Source of the DNA: the human T2T-CHM13v2.0 reference genome, Homo sapiens
DNA length: 64,000 bases
NCBI RefSeq assembly: GCF_009914755.1
Contig: NC_060926.1
Strand: one strand, 5' to 3'
Under the pieces are notes generated by a model. The model was not told the origin of the DNA and ran no database searches. It saw nothing but the letters and a program-made list of their open reading frames with translations. The translations under genes were made by a program, and so were the position numbers. Positions 28,883 through 43,190 of this stretch are shown one piece after another. Within the stretch, counting starts at the first letter, position 1, and each line of letters begins with the position of its first letter.

Positions 28883-31005
28883 AGTTAAACAGACTTTACA
28901 TCAAAAACAGTAAAATTAAACAAAGACAGTCATTACTCATGATATAGGGATCAATTTAGCAAGAATATATAACAATTCTAAGCCTATATGCACCTCACAC
29001 TGGAGCACCTAGATATATTAAGCATATAATATTAGATGTCAAACATATGTACTCCAATATAATAAGAGTGGTGTACTTTAGCATCCCATTCACATGTTAG
29101 ATAGATAATCAAGGCAAAAAATCAAACAAGGAACAAAGGACTTAAATTGGACTTTAGATCAAATGGACTGAACAAATATTTACAAAACATTCTACCCAAC
29201 AACTGTATCATGTACATTATTCTCTTCATACATGGAACATTCTCCATGATAGACAATAGGTTAGGTTACAAACCTAAGTCTCAATGAAATTTCAATAATC
29301 AAAATTATGTGAAATATCTTTCAGACCACAATGGAGTAAAACTAGATATAAATACCAAGAGGAACTTCAGAAACTATACATATATATGAAAATTAAACAA
29401 CATACTCCTGAAGAATTGGGTCAACAAAGAAATTACCACAAATTTTAAAAATTGTGAAACAAGTGTAAATGGAAACATAAACTACAAAAACCTGTGGGAC
29501 ACACCAAAACAAATGCTAAGAAGGAAGATTATAGCATGAAATACCTACATCAAAAAGATAGAAATATTACAAATAAACAACCTGACACCTCGAGAAGCTA
29601 GAAATGCAAGAACAAACCAAACACAAAATTAGCTGCAGAAAAAATAACAAAGAACACAGCAGAACTAAATGAGATAAAGAATTATAAAGAATCATTGAAA
29701 AGTTGTTTTTACAAAATGATAAACATACGAACAAACCACTAGCTAGCCTAACCAAGAAAAGAATAGAAAGGATACAAGTTAAAAAAATTAAAATAAAAAA
29801 GGAGACACTACAACTGATAAAACAGAAATAAAAAAGATTATTAGGTACTATTATGAATGATGATAGGCTCACAAACTAGAAAACCTGGAAAGAATGGATG
29901 AATTCCTGGAAACAATCTACTGTGACTGAACCAGAAAGAAATTAAAAATCCTGAAAAGACTAATAATAAGTGGTTAGATTGAATTAGCAAACAAAAGCAC
30001 AAGACCAGATGGATCTACTGCCAAAATCTACCAAACTTAATAAAGAAAAATTCCTGAAACTGTTTCAAAAAATCGAGGCAGAGGGAAGTCTTAACTCGCT
30101 CTATTATTCTGATACCAAAACCAGATAAAAACACCGGAAAGAAGACTATCCCTGATTAACACAGACACAAAAATCCTCAAGAAAATTCTAGCAAACCAAA
30201 TCCAACAGCACATCAAAAAGATAGTCTAACATGATCAAATGGGTTTATACCAGGGATGCAAGAATATTTCAACATATTCAAATCAGTAAATGTGATACAT
30301 CCTATAAACATTATTAAGAACAAAAACCATATGATCCTCTCAATAGATGTACATACAGCATTTGATAAAATTCAGCATCTCTTCATGATAAAACCTCCTA
30401 CACAAAACATATCAAAGGAGTAGTCTTTAAAATAATAAAAGCCATATATGCCAAACTCACTGTCAACATCATACTGAAAGAGAAACATTTGAAAGCTTTC
30501 CCTTTCAAAATTAGAACAAGACAAAAATACCCACTTTAACCACTTCTATTTAATGTAGTACTGATCCGTAATCCATCTTGAGTAGATTTTGTATAAGGTG
30601 AGAGATATGGATCCAGTTTCATTCTTCTACATGTGGCTCGCCAATTATCTGAGTACCATTTGTTGAATAGGGTATCCTTTCTCCACTTTATGCTTTTGTT
30701 TGCTTTGTCGAAGATCAATTGGCTTTAAGCATTTGGCTTTATTTCTGGGTTTTCTATTCTGTTTTCTTGGTGTGTGTGCCTATTTTTATACCAGTACCAT
30801 GCTGTTTTGGTGACTGTGGCCTTAGATTATAGTTTAAAGTCAGGTAATGTGATGCCTTCAGATTTGCTCTTTTTACTTAGACTTGCTTTGACTACGTGGG
30901 CTTTTTTTGGTTCCATATGAATTTTAGGATTGCTTTATCTAGTTATGTGAAGAATAATGACGGTATTTTGATAGGAATTGCATTGAGCTTGCAGATTGAT
31001 TTTAG

Positions 31006-31596
<591 letters not shown>

Positions 31597-34500
31597 TGAT
31601 TCTTATATTGGTTGCTGTTGATGTATAACAGAGCTACTGATTGTGTACATTAATTTTGTATCCTGAAACGATGCTGAATTCCTTTATCAGTTCTAGGAGT
31701 TTTTTGGAGGAGTCTTTAAGGTTTTCTAGTTACACCATCACATCATCAGCAAACAGCAACAGTTTGACTTCCTCTTTACTGATTTGGATGCTCTTTATTT
31801 CTTTCTTTTGTCTGATTGCTCTGGCTAGGACTTCCAGTACTATGTTGAATAGAAGTGACAGTGGGCTTCCTTGTCTTGTTCCAGTTCTCAAGTGGAGTGC
31901 TTTTAACTTTTCCCTATTTAGTATTATGCTGGCTGTGGGTTTGTAACAGATGGTTTTTATTACATTAAGGTATGTCCCTTCTATGCCAATTTTGCCAAGG
32001 ATTTTAATCATAAAGGGATGCTGGATTCTGTCAAATGGGTTTTCTGCATCTATTGAGGTGATCATATGATTTTTGCTTTTAATTCTGTTCATGTGGTGTA
32101 TCACACTTATTGACTTGCATATGTTAAACTATTCCTGTATCTCTGCTATGCAACCCACTTGATCATGGCAGATTATGGTTTTGATATGTTATTGGATTTG
32201 GTCAGCTAATATTTTGTTAAGGATTTTTTGCATCTATATTCATCAGGACTATTCTTCTGTAGTTTTCTTTTATTTGTTATGTCCTTTTCTGGGTTCACTA
32301 TTAGGGTGATTCTGGTTTCACTATTAGGGTAATACTGGCTTCACAGAATAATTTAGGGAAGATTCTCCCTTTCTCTATCTTGTGGAATAGTGTGAATAGA
32401 ATTGGTACCAATTATTTTTTGAATGTATGCTATAATTAAGCTGTGAATCTGTCTGGTCCTGGACTTGGTTTTGTTAGCAATTTTTTAATTACCATTTTAA
32501 TCTTGTTGCTTGTTATTGATCTTTTCAGAGTTTCTATTTCTTCCTGGTTGGAGGGTTGTATATTTCCAGGAATTTATATGTGCATGGATAAATTCATGTA
32601 CATATAGTTTATGTGGATGAAGGTGTTCATAATAGCCATGAATGATCTGTTGTATTTCTGTGGTATCTGTTGTAATATCTCCCATTTCATTTGTAACTGA
32701 GCTTTCTGGAACTTCTCTCTTCTTGGTTTACATTGCTAATGGTCTCTCAATTTTATTTATCTTTTCAAAGAACCAGCTTATTGTTTTATTTTTTGTGTTT
32801 TTTTATTTTAATTTCTGATGGGTTTGGGTTTGGTTTGTTCTTGTTCCTCTAGTTTCTTGAGGTGTGAGTTTAGATTGTCTAGTTGTGCTCTTTCAGACTT
32901 TTTGATATAGGCATTTAAGGCTGTGAACTTTCCTCTTAGCACCACCTTCGGTGTATCCCAGAGGTTTTAATAGGTTGTGCCACCATTATCATACAGTTTA
33001 TAGAATTTTTAAAATTTTCATCTTTATTTCATTGTTGACCCAGTGATCATTCAGGAGCAGGTTATTTAACTTCCGTGTATTTGCATCATTTTGAGGGCTC
33101 CTTTTGGAGTTCATTTTCAGTTTTATTCCACTGTGATTTGAGAGAGTACTTGATACAATTTTAGTTTTCTTAAATTTGTTCAGACTTGTTTTGTGCCCTA
33201 TCATATGGTCTATCTTGGAGAATGTTCCATGTGCTGATGAATAGGATGTATATTCTGCAGTTGTTGGGTAGAATGTTCAGTAAATAACTGTTAAGTTTAT
33301 TTCTTCTGGGGTATAGCTTAAATTATTGTTTCTTTGTTGACTTTCTGTCTTGATGAGTGGAGTACTAAACTCCCCTACTATTATTGTGTTGCTGTCTATC
33401 TCATTTCTTAGGTCTAATAGTAATTGTTTTATAAATTTGGGAGCTCTAGTGTGAGGTGCATATATATTTAGGATTGTGATATTTTCCTGTTGGACAAGTC
33501 CTTTTATCATTATTTAATTTCCCTCTTTTCCTATTTTATCTGCCATCGCTTTAAAGTCTTTGTTGTATGATTTAAGAATAGCTACTCCTGCTTGCTTTTG
33601 GTTTCAATTTGCATGGAATATCGTTTTCCACCCCTTTACCTTAAGTTTATGTGAGTCATTATGTGTTAAGTGATTATTTTGAAAACAGCAGATACTTGGT
33701 TGGTGAATTCTTATCACTTCTGCCATTCTTTATCTTTTAAGTGGAGCATTTAGGCCATTTACATTCAATGTTAGTATTGCGAAGTCAGGCACTATTCTAT
33801 TCATCATGCTATTTGTTGCCTGAAGACCTTGGTTATTTTTATATATTTATCACATTTTTTATAGGTCTGTGAGATTTATACCTTAATTAGGTTCTATTTC
33901 AGTGTATTTTGAGAATTTGTTTCCAAGATTTAGAGTTCCTTTTAGCAGTTCTTGTAGTGCTGGCTTGGTAATGGTGAATTCTCCCAAAATTTGTTTGTCT
34001 GAAAAATATTATATTCCTTCATTTATGAAGTTTAGTTTCACTGGACACAAAATTCTTGGCTGATAATCGTTTTCTTTAATGAGACTGAAGATAGGGCTTC
34101 AATCCCTTCTATCTTGTAGGGTTTCTGCTGAGAAATCTGCTGTTAATTTGATAGGTTTTCCTTTATGGGTTAATTGGTGCTTTGGCTTCACAGCTCTTAA
34201 GATTCTTTTGTCTCAACTTTAGATAAACTGATGACTTTGTGCCTAGTTGATGAAATCTCAGACCTGAAATCATAAACATTCTAGAAGATAACATCATCAG
34301 AATAACCCTTCTAGACGTTGGCTTAGGAATAGACTTCATGCCTAAGAACACAAAAGCAAATGCAACAAAAACAAAGATAAATAGATGGGACTTAACTAAA
34401 TTAAAAAGCATCTGTACAGCAAAAGAAACAATCAGTAGAGTAAACAGACAACTCATAGAATGCAAGAAAATCATCGCAATCTGTACATCCAACAAAGGGC

Positions 34501-35019
34501 TAATATCCAGAATCCACAGGGAACTCAAATTAGAAAAAAAAAAAAAAATTCCACCAGAAAGTGAGCTAAGGACATGAAGAGACAGTTCTCAAAAGAAGAC
34601 ACACAAATGGCCAACAAACATATGAACAAATACTGAACATCACTAATGATCAGTGCAATACAAATCAAAACCACAAGGTAATACCACCTTACTCCTGCAA
34701 GAACGGCCATAATCAAAAACTCAGAAAATTAATAGATGTTGGATAGATGTGGTGAAAAGGGAACACTTTTACACTATTGATGGGAGTGTAAACTAGTACA
34801 ATCACTGTGATAAACAGTGTGGAGAATTCTTAAAGTACTAGAAGTAGAACTACCATTTGATCCAGCAATCCCACTTCTGGGTATCTACCCAGAGGAAAAT
34901 AAATTGTTATACAAAAAAGATACTTGCACACTTATGTTTATAGCAGCACAACTTGCAATTGCAAAAATATGGAACCAGCCCAAATGCCCATCAATCAATG
35001 AATGGGTAAAGAAATTGTG

Positions 35020-35205
35020 GTGTGTGTGTATATATATATATATATAAAATATATAATATATATAAATATATATTATATATTATAATATATAATTAATTAT
35101 GTATTATAATATATAATTAATTATGTATTATAATATATAATTAATTATATATTATAATATATAATATATTATATATATAATATGTATGTATATGTGTATA
35201 TATAA
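35020..35205. repeat. Expanded AT-rich tract with ~25-bp higher-order units (tataatatataattaattatgtat) in L1PB1
   Basis: Direct reading; about 3 near-identical units at ~35080-35160. Confidence 0.92.
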
Positions 35206-36571
35206 TGAAATACTACTCAGCTATAAGAAGGAAAGAAATAATAGCATTCCCAGCAACTTGAAAAGAATGGAAGACCATTATTCCAAGTGAAGTAACTTAG
35301 GAATGGAAAATCAAACATTGTATGCTCTCACTCATAAGTAGGAACTAAGCTATGAGGATGCGAAAGCATAAGAATAATACAGTGGACTCTGGGGACTCAG
35401 GTGAAAAAGTGGGAAGGGGGTGAGGGATAAAAGACTACAAATTGCATATAGTGTATATTGCTCAGGTGATAGGTGCACCAAAATCTCAGAAATCACCAAT
35501 AAAGAACTTATTCATATGTAACCAAACACCACCCGTTTTTCAAAAATCTATGGAAATACATATTTCCACAGATTGTGTGGCTTATACAATAATATAATAA
35601 TAATGTAGTGCTGGTAATTATATTCAGAGCAGTCAGGCAAGAGAGGGAAATAAAAGGCATCCAGCTTGGAAAAGAGAACATCATATTATCTCTATTCACT
35701 GATAATATGATGCTATATCTAGAAAAACCTACAGACTTTGCAAAAAACTGTTAGATACAATAAATGAATTCAGTACAGTTTCAGAATACAAAATCAATAT
35801 GCAAAAATCAGTAGCATTTTATACACAAATAACAATACAGCAGAGAATCAAATCGGTAAGTTTATCCCATTTACAGTAATTACAAAAAATACCTAAGAGT
35901 ATGTTTCACCAAGGAAGTGAAAGATCCCTACAAGGAAAACTATAAAACAATGATGAAAGAAATTGTAATTTACACAAACAAATGGAAAAACATACCATGC
36001 TCATGAATTGGACAAAATAATATCATTAAAATAACCATACTTCCCATAGCAATCTAAAAATTCTATGCAATTCTTATCAAAATGTAGGTGGTTTTCCAGA
36101 AAACTTTAAAAAAAAAAAAACCCTACAACCTATATGGAAACAAAAAAGATTCTGAATAGCCCAATAAACCCTGAGCAAAAACCACAAAGCTGGAAGCATC
36201 ATATTACCTTACTTCAAATTATGCTACAAGTCTGTAGTAAGCAAAACAGTATGTTACTTCTACAAACACAGACAAATAGATCAATGGAACAGCATAGAGA
36301 AATAAAGCCACATATTTACAACCAACTGATCTTTGACAAAATCACAGGAACTGGGGAAATGACAGCCTTTTAACAAGTGGTGCTGGGAAAATTTGATTGC
36401 CATATGTAAAAGAATGAAATGGACCCCTATCTCTCATTACATACAAAAACTAACTCAAGATGAATTAATGATTTAAATTTAAGACCTAACGGCTTTGAAA
36501 TACTAGAAGAAAACCTAGGGAAAACTTTTTGGGCATTAGTCTAGCAAGAAAAAAATCTATGAATAAGACCT

Positions 36572-36695
36572 TGTGTTGGTCTATTTGTGTTGTTATAAAG
36601 AAATACCTGAGATTGGATAAATTATAAATAGAGGAGGTTTCTTTGCTTCATTGTTCTGCAGACTAGACAGGAAACATAGTGCCAGCATAGTGCCA
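36572..36695 (-). mobile_element. Truncated MST-type MaLR LTR end
   Basis: 'tgtgttggtctatttgtgttgttataaagaaatacctgag...ttctgcagactagacaggaaacatagtgccagcat'. Confidence 0.8.
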
Positions 36696-38149
36696 CATCA
36701 CATTTTATCACATAGATATGTACAATTATTTTTCCATTATGAAGAACAATTATTTTTAATTAGAAAGTAAAAAGAAAAAAAATTCTAGTTGTCATCTCCT
36801 ACTTCAGGCTTTTCCAGAATCATCATGGATGCTCCACCTTACTAGTAGATTTATGTACTTAAAAATGAATAAAACACATTTGTTCCAAACTCAACAGTCA
36901 AAAATATTTCTATTTCTGCCAGTCTAAACACTGTAGTCGGGTGTTTATCTCATAAAAAGAAATGGCTATTTTATAATAAGACATCAATTATCATACTTAA
37001 ATGTGAGGAATGAAAATCTAAATTCATAATTTGGATTCTTATCACATGAATTCACATTGAGCTATGACTTTAACATTAATTTTATCTTATTTAGGTACAT
37101 TTTTATATATCAACATATGTGGATCTGTATTTATTCACAAACTATAGAATTTCTGGAAATTCTGGTTGACTCAATCAGGCACACTATAAAATATATTAAT
37201 TAAAGGACACTTAAAATAGTCATTTTAAAAGTGTCCTATAGAGTAACCATAGTAACTTAAGTACATATCTATTATGTGATTACTATATATAAGTTGAATA
37301 TGGTTTTCTTAAATAAGCATACTGCACATGCTTTTATAGAAACAGTACTTCTTACAAATGATTATTTATAGCAATCTAGAAAATTTTGCAAAGAAAGGCA
37401 TGTCACATAAGAAAAGAGATTCCATTAATGAGACTGGGATATTGTTAAGTGAACTGATAAAAATAACTTGGAGAAAATTTGGCGTCAACTGCCAAATCAA
37501 AGAGAAAGTTTACAAAGCAGAAGCTATTCAAACTAACATTTTCAGGATATTAAAAATATTTTCATGATATTAAAATTATTTTGAATAACATTGGTACCTC
37601 TTATTACTGGAAAATTATAACATTAGTGTATCGCCTTAATATTAAAAACAGCTATCAGTCAAATATCAGAACTCGTCTAATCCCAGGAAGATGAAATAAA
37701 GATGAATAAAATTAGTTCCTCTGGGCCTGTCTCTAGGTGATAATGAATGAGAAGATAAGAGCTAAATGGCTTTTATGAACTAGAGGAGGATAATCACAAG
37801 GAGGATAAACTAGTGGAGGATGAGTGCTTTATAGAAAAGGAGAGGTACACACTGAAGTTAGGCAAAATTATATATGACAGTGAATACTATCAGATGGCCA
37901 CCTGTGAGGGAGTATATTACATCTCATTAAATGAATGGCATCTCTGGGTGATTGGAATTAATATTTGTATACAGTCATCACTGTGTAGTTATAACAGAGA
38001 TAAATTTTAAAAGCCTCTAATCAATGTTATTATAACATGAATTAAAAAGCTCTAGTTTGCTTGATTTCTTAAAATAATCATTTCTTTTCTTAAAGCAAGT
38101 AAACCAAACCAAAACAAAATGATACTAAATAGTCTGAAAATCTAGAGGA

Positions 38150-38292
38150 CTGAATTTCCGACTGAATCTTATATCGATTTGACTACTATTTATTTATTCC
38201 TTTATTTATTTTACTTCTGTGTGCTTTAGTTTTCTTATCTGAAAAATAATAAATATCTGAGGTTCCTTTTGGCCTAACAGTCTATAACTCTA
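38150..38292 (+). mobile_element. MIR fragment
   Basis: 'ctgtgtgctttagttttcttatctgaaaaat...tctgaggttccttttggcctaacagtctataactct'. Confidence 0.55.
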
Positions 38293-38936
38293 ATGTTCAC
38301 TCTTTAATAAGTTACACAGAATGTCTTCCACATATGTGCAGAAAAATAACAAAATTAATGTCTAATTGCAAAATAAGAAAAAAAATAGCTGTTATGATAT
38401 AGTATGAACTGTATTTTATGCAGTGATTTTTGCCCATATTATGCAAATTATTCCAGTTTCTAAGTTTTACACCTAAAAGAAGCAGAAAGCAAAATAAAAG
38501 CCAGAATGATGGATGTATACTCTATTAAATAGTGATGGTCTCTAGAGTCATTAGAAAACAGAACTTCTCCCCAGAAGGATGAAGAACCATGATTACAACA
38601 ATAGATGATTAACGGATACATAGTAAATAGAGCAAAGTAACATATAGGTGGCTAAGTAGAAAGGTGGGAAATTTCAAGCCCAAATAGCTACATGATTAGT
38701 ATGTAGCTCCATACTGAACAGTGTTTAGATCTTAGTCAATGCAAGAATAAAGTACCTTTAAAGACCCATCCACTAAATGCCTAAGACAATGTGGCGAAGT
38801 CAGTAACAATAATTCAATTGCAATTATCTTCATGTATTTAACATCAAGAATATTAGGCCCCCAAATTAGATCAAACTTTAAAAGTTCAAATTCATGGGCT
38901 CAGGGGTCTTCATGAAATTACAAACAGAATCAATAA

Positions 38937-39135
38937 TTTTTTTTTGAGACAAGGTCTTACTCTGTTGCCCAGGCTGGAGTACAGTGGTCCGATTATGGCT
39001 CACTGCAGCCTCCACCTCTCAAGGCTCAGTTGATTCTCCTGCTTCGGCCCCCCGAACAGCTGAGACTACAGGCACTCACCAGCACATCCAGCTAATTTTT
39101 GTTTGAGCCCAGGATTTCGAGATGAGCCTGGGCAA
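38937..39135 (-). mobile_element. AluJ right arm (minus) joined to an inverted left-arm piece (39103-39135, plus)
   Basis: 'gagacaaggtcttactctgttgcccaggc...cagctaatttttg' then 'ttgagcccaggatttcgagatgagcctgggcaa'. Confidence 0.85.
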
Positions 39136-39441
39136 GAATACATTTCATTGAACTTCGTAGTCCTCTATGTATTTGACATGGATCCAACATTAGTGTGAAA
39201 GAGCTATGTCTGGTTTCAAATCTGTATGGAAGTAAAGTGGGGGTTCTTGCCAAAGCTAAGGAAAATAAAGAAGAAAATTCAGGCTAAGTATCATAAATCT
39301 TTGGCTTCAAATTTATTCTTGTCTTAAGGACAACAATTACATTAAAGAAGCTGTACTTCACCGAACTGTCTACAAAACAAATTGAAACATGGTGAAATTA
39401 AATTCATATATGTATATATAACTGATCATTAATTATTTTTA

Positions 39442-39850
<409 letters not shown>

Positions 39851-40219
39851 CTAGGACACTCTGTAATGGAGGACATGAAAATGGCTAAAGAATTTGTCTT
39901 TTAATATCAAAACCATTGTACAGAAAAAAGAATAATTAATTTTTATAATGAGAATAAAATAATGGTTCAAAAATAAATAATTCAAACTGGAAAAATAAAA
40001 ATTTTACAAAATCTTATATTCCTTTAAAAGTAACTTACAGCAAATATTTTAAAAGTTAGCAATTATTTCATTATGACAGATGTTACTAACAGGTAGACAT
40101 TTTCTAGCATTTAATATTCTGAATATTTCTTTGAGTTAATTGTTTATGTAAATGGAAATAATATTTTAGAGATTTTATTGCTTTAAAATTACTGTATTCT
40201 TGATAAGTTGTATATGCAC

Positions 40220-40257
40220 GTGTGTGTGTGTGTGTGTGTGTGTGTATACACACACAT
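40220..40257. repeat. (TG)n followed by short (CA)n
   Basis: Direct reading. Confidence 0.9.
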
Positions 40258-42634
40258 GACAGAATTAATTAAACAGCTTTAAAATAAGCCTTTAAGGACT
40301 TCTGCTTTTGGAAAGATGGAGTAGATGTGCTTTATGCTATTTATTTCACTAAATAAAACTAAAAACTCTAGACATTACACATAGAATGCCATAAAACTCT
40401 GAAGATAGAAGAAAATAAGGCACACTAGTTTGTGGTCTCAGGACACAAGGAGCAACAGTGGGGACATGTGAGTTCCCTGTGGTTTTTTTTTTTTTTCCTC
40501 ATGTGTTCTTGAGTTGGAGCTGAAAAAACTAGCAATATGTAAACACTAATAAGCATACAAAGGAAAAACAAAACCCAAGAAAAGCCTAACTTCTGTCGAC
40601 AAAGTACCAGGAAGGGACATCTTGACAAGACAGAAAATTTTAAACAATAATCACTTTACTTCAGCCAGGCATCTAAAAATTTTTTTTGGACCAATTATCA
40701 TTTACATCAGCAAAAGCCAAGTAGGAAGGCTAGATTTTTACCCTCAACAGAATATAAGGAGACACAACAAGCCCACAGCCAAGGTTGTGTCAGAAAATAC
40801 TAAATAGGGATCCAGGCATATCTTTGGGTGGTAATAAGCACCCTTTTTCAATAGTGTTAATGAAAACCATATATGGAGCTGGATCCTTCCCACTAGTAGA
40901 AACAAGGAGTACCCTCTCAGGTCTCAACAGAGGCTAAGTGAAAAACCTGAAATTGTAACAGCTCCTGGCAGTAATGAGGCAACTTCTCTTTCTCCAACCA
41001 GACCAGTGTCAGAGGAAGTCATTTAAAGAGAAGATTCAAATAAGATTCAGAGTCTCATAAGATAACATTCAAAATGTCCAGGTTTCAGTAGAACATCAAG
41101 CATCATAACATAATGAGGAAAAGCTCATACAAAAATGAAATAAAATAGGCTGTTAATAGATGACAACATGGATATGATAGACACATTGAAATTATTGGAT
41201 AACTTTTAAAGCAGATATCCTAAAATGCTTTAATGAGTAATCATAAATATGCAACAAAAGAAAATTTGAAAGTCTCAGCAAATAAATATAATACATAAAT
41301 ATTTTAATGGATACTTTAGAACTGAAATATACCATTACCAAATAATAACATCAATGGACAAGCTCAACAGCAGAATGGGAGGCTGAAGAAAGAATCAGTG
41401 AATTACACAACTGACAAAATAGAAATTAGTCAATCCAAACAGCATTAGAAAATCATATAAAAAAGGAAAAAATAAAAGCATCTCAGGGACATGGAGGATT
41501 GTAACAAAAGCACTACCATTCATGTAATTGGAATCCCATATGGAAAAAGAAAAAGAAGGTGGTGCTGACAAAGTATATGAAGTAATGCTTGAAAACTTTA
41601 CAAATATGGCAGAAAAAGATAATACTAGAGTTAAAAATATGAGCAAAACCTTAGAATAACTACAAATAAATCCACAAGATACATCATACTCAAACTTTGA
41701 AACCTAAAGAAAAATAAAAAAATCTTGAAAGCAGCGAAAGAGAAACAAGACCTTAGTAATGGTGTAAACAATTTGAATGGCAGTAGATTTCCCTTCAGAA
41801 GTCATCAGGAACAAAAGAAAGTGGTATAACATTATTCAAATGATGAAAGAAAAGAACTTACAAGCCAGAATCTAATATCTGAAAAACTATCCTCCAGCAA
41901 GAAAGGAATAACAAAACATTAATAATTGGAAAACCACAATAATTTTTTTTCCCAAGATAGTAGATCAGCATGCCTTAGTTACTTAGAAAAATAACAAGAT
42001 AAAGATAAACTCTGAAGCTTTAGTTAAGAAGAAAAGTGGGAATCCACTAGAACTGTGAAAGACGCTACAGATCCTAGAGAGAACACAGGTCAACAGCTAC
42101 AATGACGGCACCTAGCTAAGAAAAGCAAGTTAAGCCCCAGTACGTGAGAGAAGCAAAGAGACTTTCTCTATGAATCACCCTTCCAGTGGGGATTCGAGCT
42201 GAGGGAGGGCACTTTGTATCTCTCAATCCCTAAAGCCTACTTGAAGAGAGGCTTGCAGACACTGTGAGGGAAAGACACCAGGAAAAGCTGGAGGCATTTT
42301 CCAGACCTGGGACTGAAATCAGGATGCCATTTTTAATCTGGGCACATACAAAGTCAGTCATTCTTTGATGATCCAGTAGCTTGGCTGCTCAGATATTTTA
42401 TTTTTAGTCTAGAGATTGGCATGCCTGCTGTGGAACAGAGTAGGGGCTTCCATGTCCAAAACTGTGAAAAGTGCCTCAACAATAGGCACTATAATTGTAC
42501 TCTCCTCCATCACAATCCCGAGGTGAGAGAGGAGCTACTACAGCTGCAGTCTTGGTGACCTGGAACTGACCTGCATGCGCCATTGCTGAATGCCCCACCC
42601 TGCTCCCTTGAGACTATGGTGTGATGAGGTCCTG

Positions 42635-43190
42635 TCTGCTTCACCTCCAGGCAGAAATGGAGGTTTTTGGAACCCTGGTTTACCTGGTTCAGCAGCCTGA
42701 GCTGTCCCACACTTTCTCAACACAGATTGTAGTGCAGCATATTCCTCTCCACTCTGTGCCCAGGTAGATCTCCAGGCATTCAGAGAACCTGCTTGCTTGG
42801 TCCAGCAGAAAGAGTCACCCCAAACCTCCTTTGCAGAGATCTTGGTACAAAGGGGCCCTCTCTGATCCGTGACCAGGCAAATATCCAGGTATTCAGAAAG
42901 CTGATCACCTAGATAAGCAGCCTAATCCACCCCACCCTTCCTATGCAGAAATTCTGGTGCAGAGAGCTCTGCTTCATGCCCAGACAGATCTCCAAGCATT
43001 TAAAGCACCTGCTTGTCTAATTCAGCAGCGTGAGTTGTACCAACCCTACTGTGCAAAAATCTTGGTGCAGGGAGTCATTCTCTGCTCCATGCCCAGTCAG
43101 ATATCCAGGCACCTGGACCATGCACTCTTCTAGATTAGGAGTTTAGGATGCCATTCATCTCCATGCAGATAATTTGGGGCTCAGGAGGTT
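42635..43190 (+). repeat. About 5 diverged ~110-bp tandem units in the L1 5' UTR
   Basis: Recurrent 'ctgctccatgcccaggcagatctccaggcatt...cctggttcagcagcctgag...gcagagatcttggtgcag' starting ~42636, 42748, 42862, 42968, 43082. Confidence 0.85.

Noticed and set aside
31730-32104. Reverse-transcriptase ORF with an intact FADD motif as a possible active or novel RT
   Set aside because: Fragment of L1PB1 ORF2, surrounded by stops and frameshifts and physically inverted.
37204-37237. Hairpin aggacacttaaaat...attttaaaagtgtcct as a pre-miRNA or MITE
   Set aside because: Stem is only ~14 bp with a bulge and does not extend; no TSD.
42635-43190. CRISPR-like periodic array
   Set aside because: Whole units are homologous with no unique spacers, there are no cas genes, and the context is a primate L1 5' UTR.
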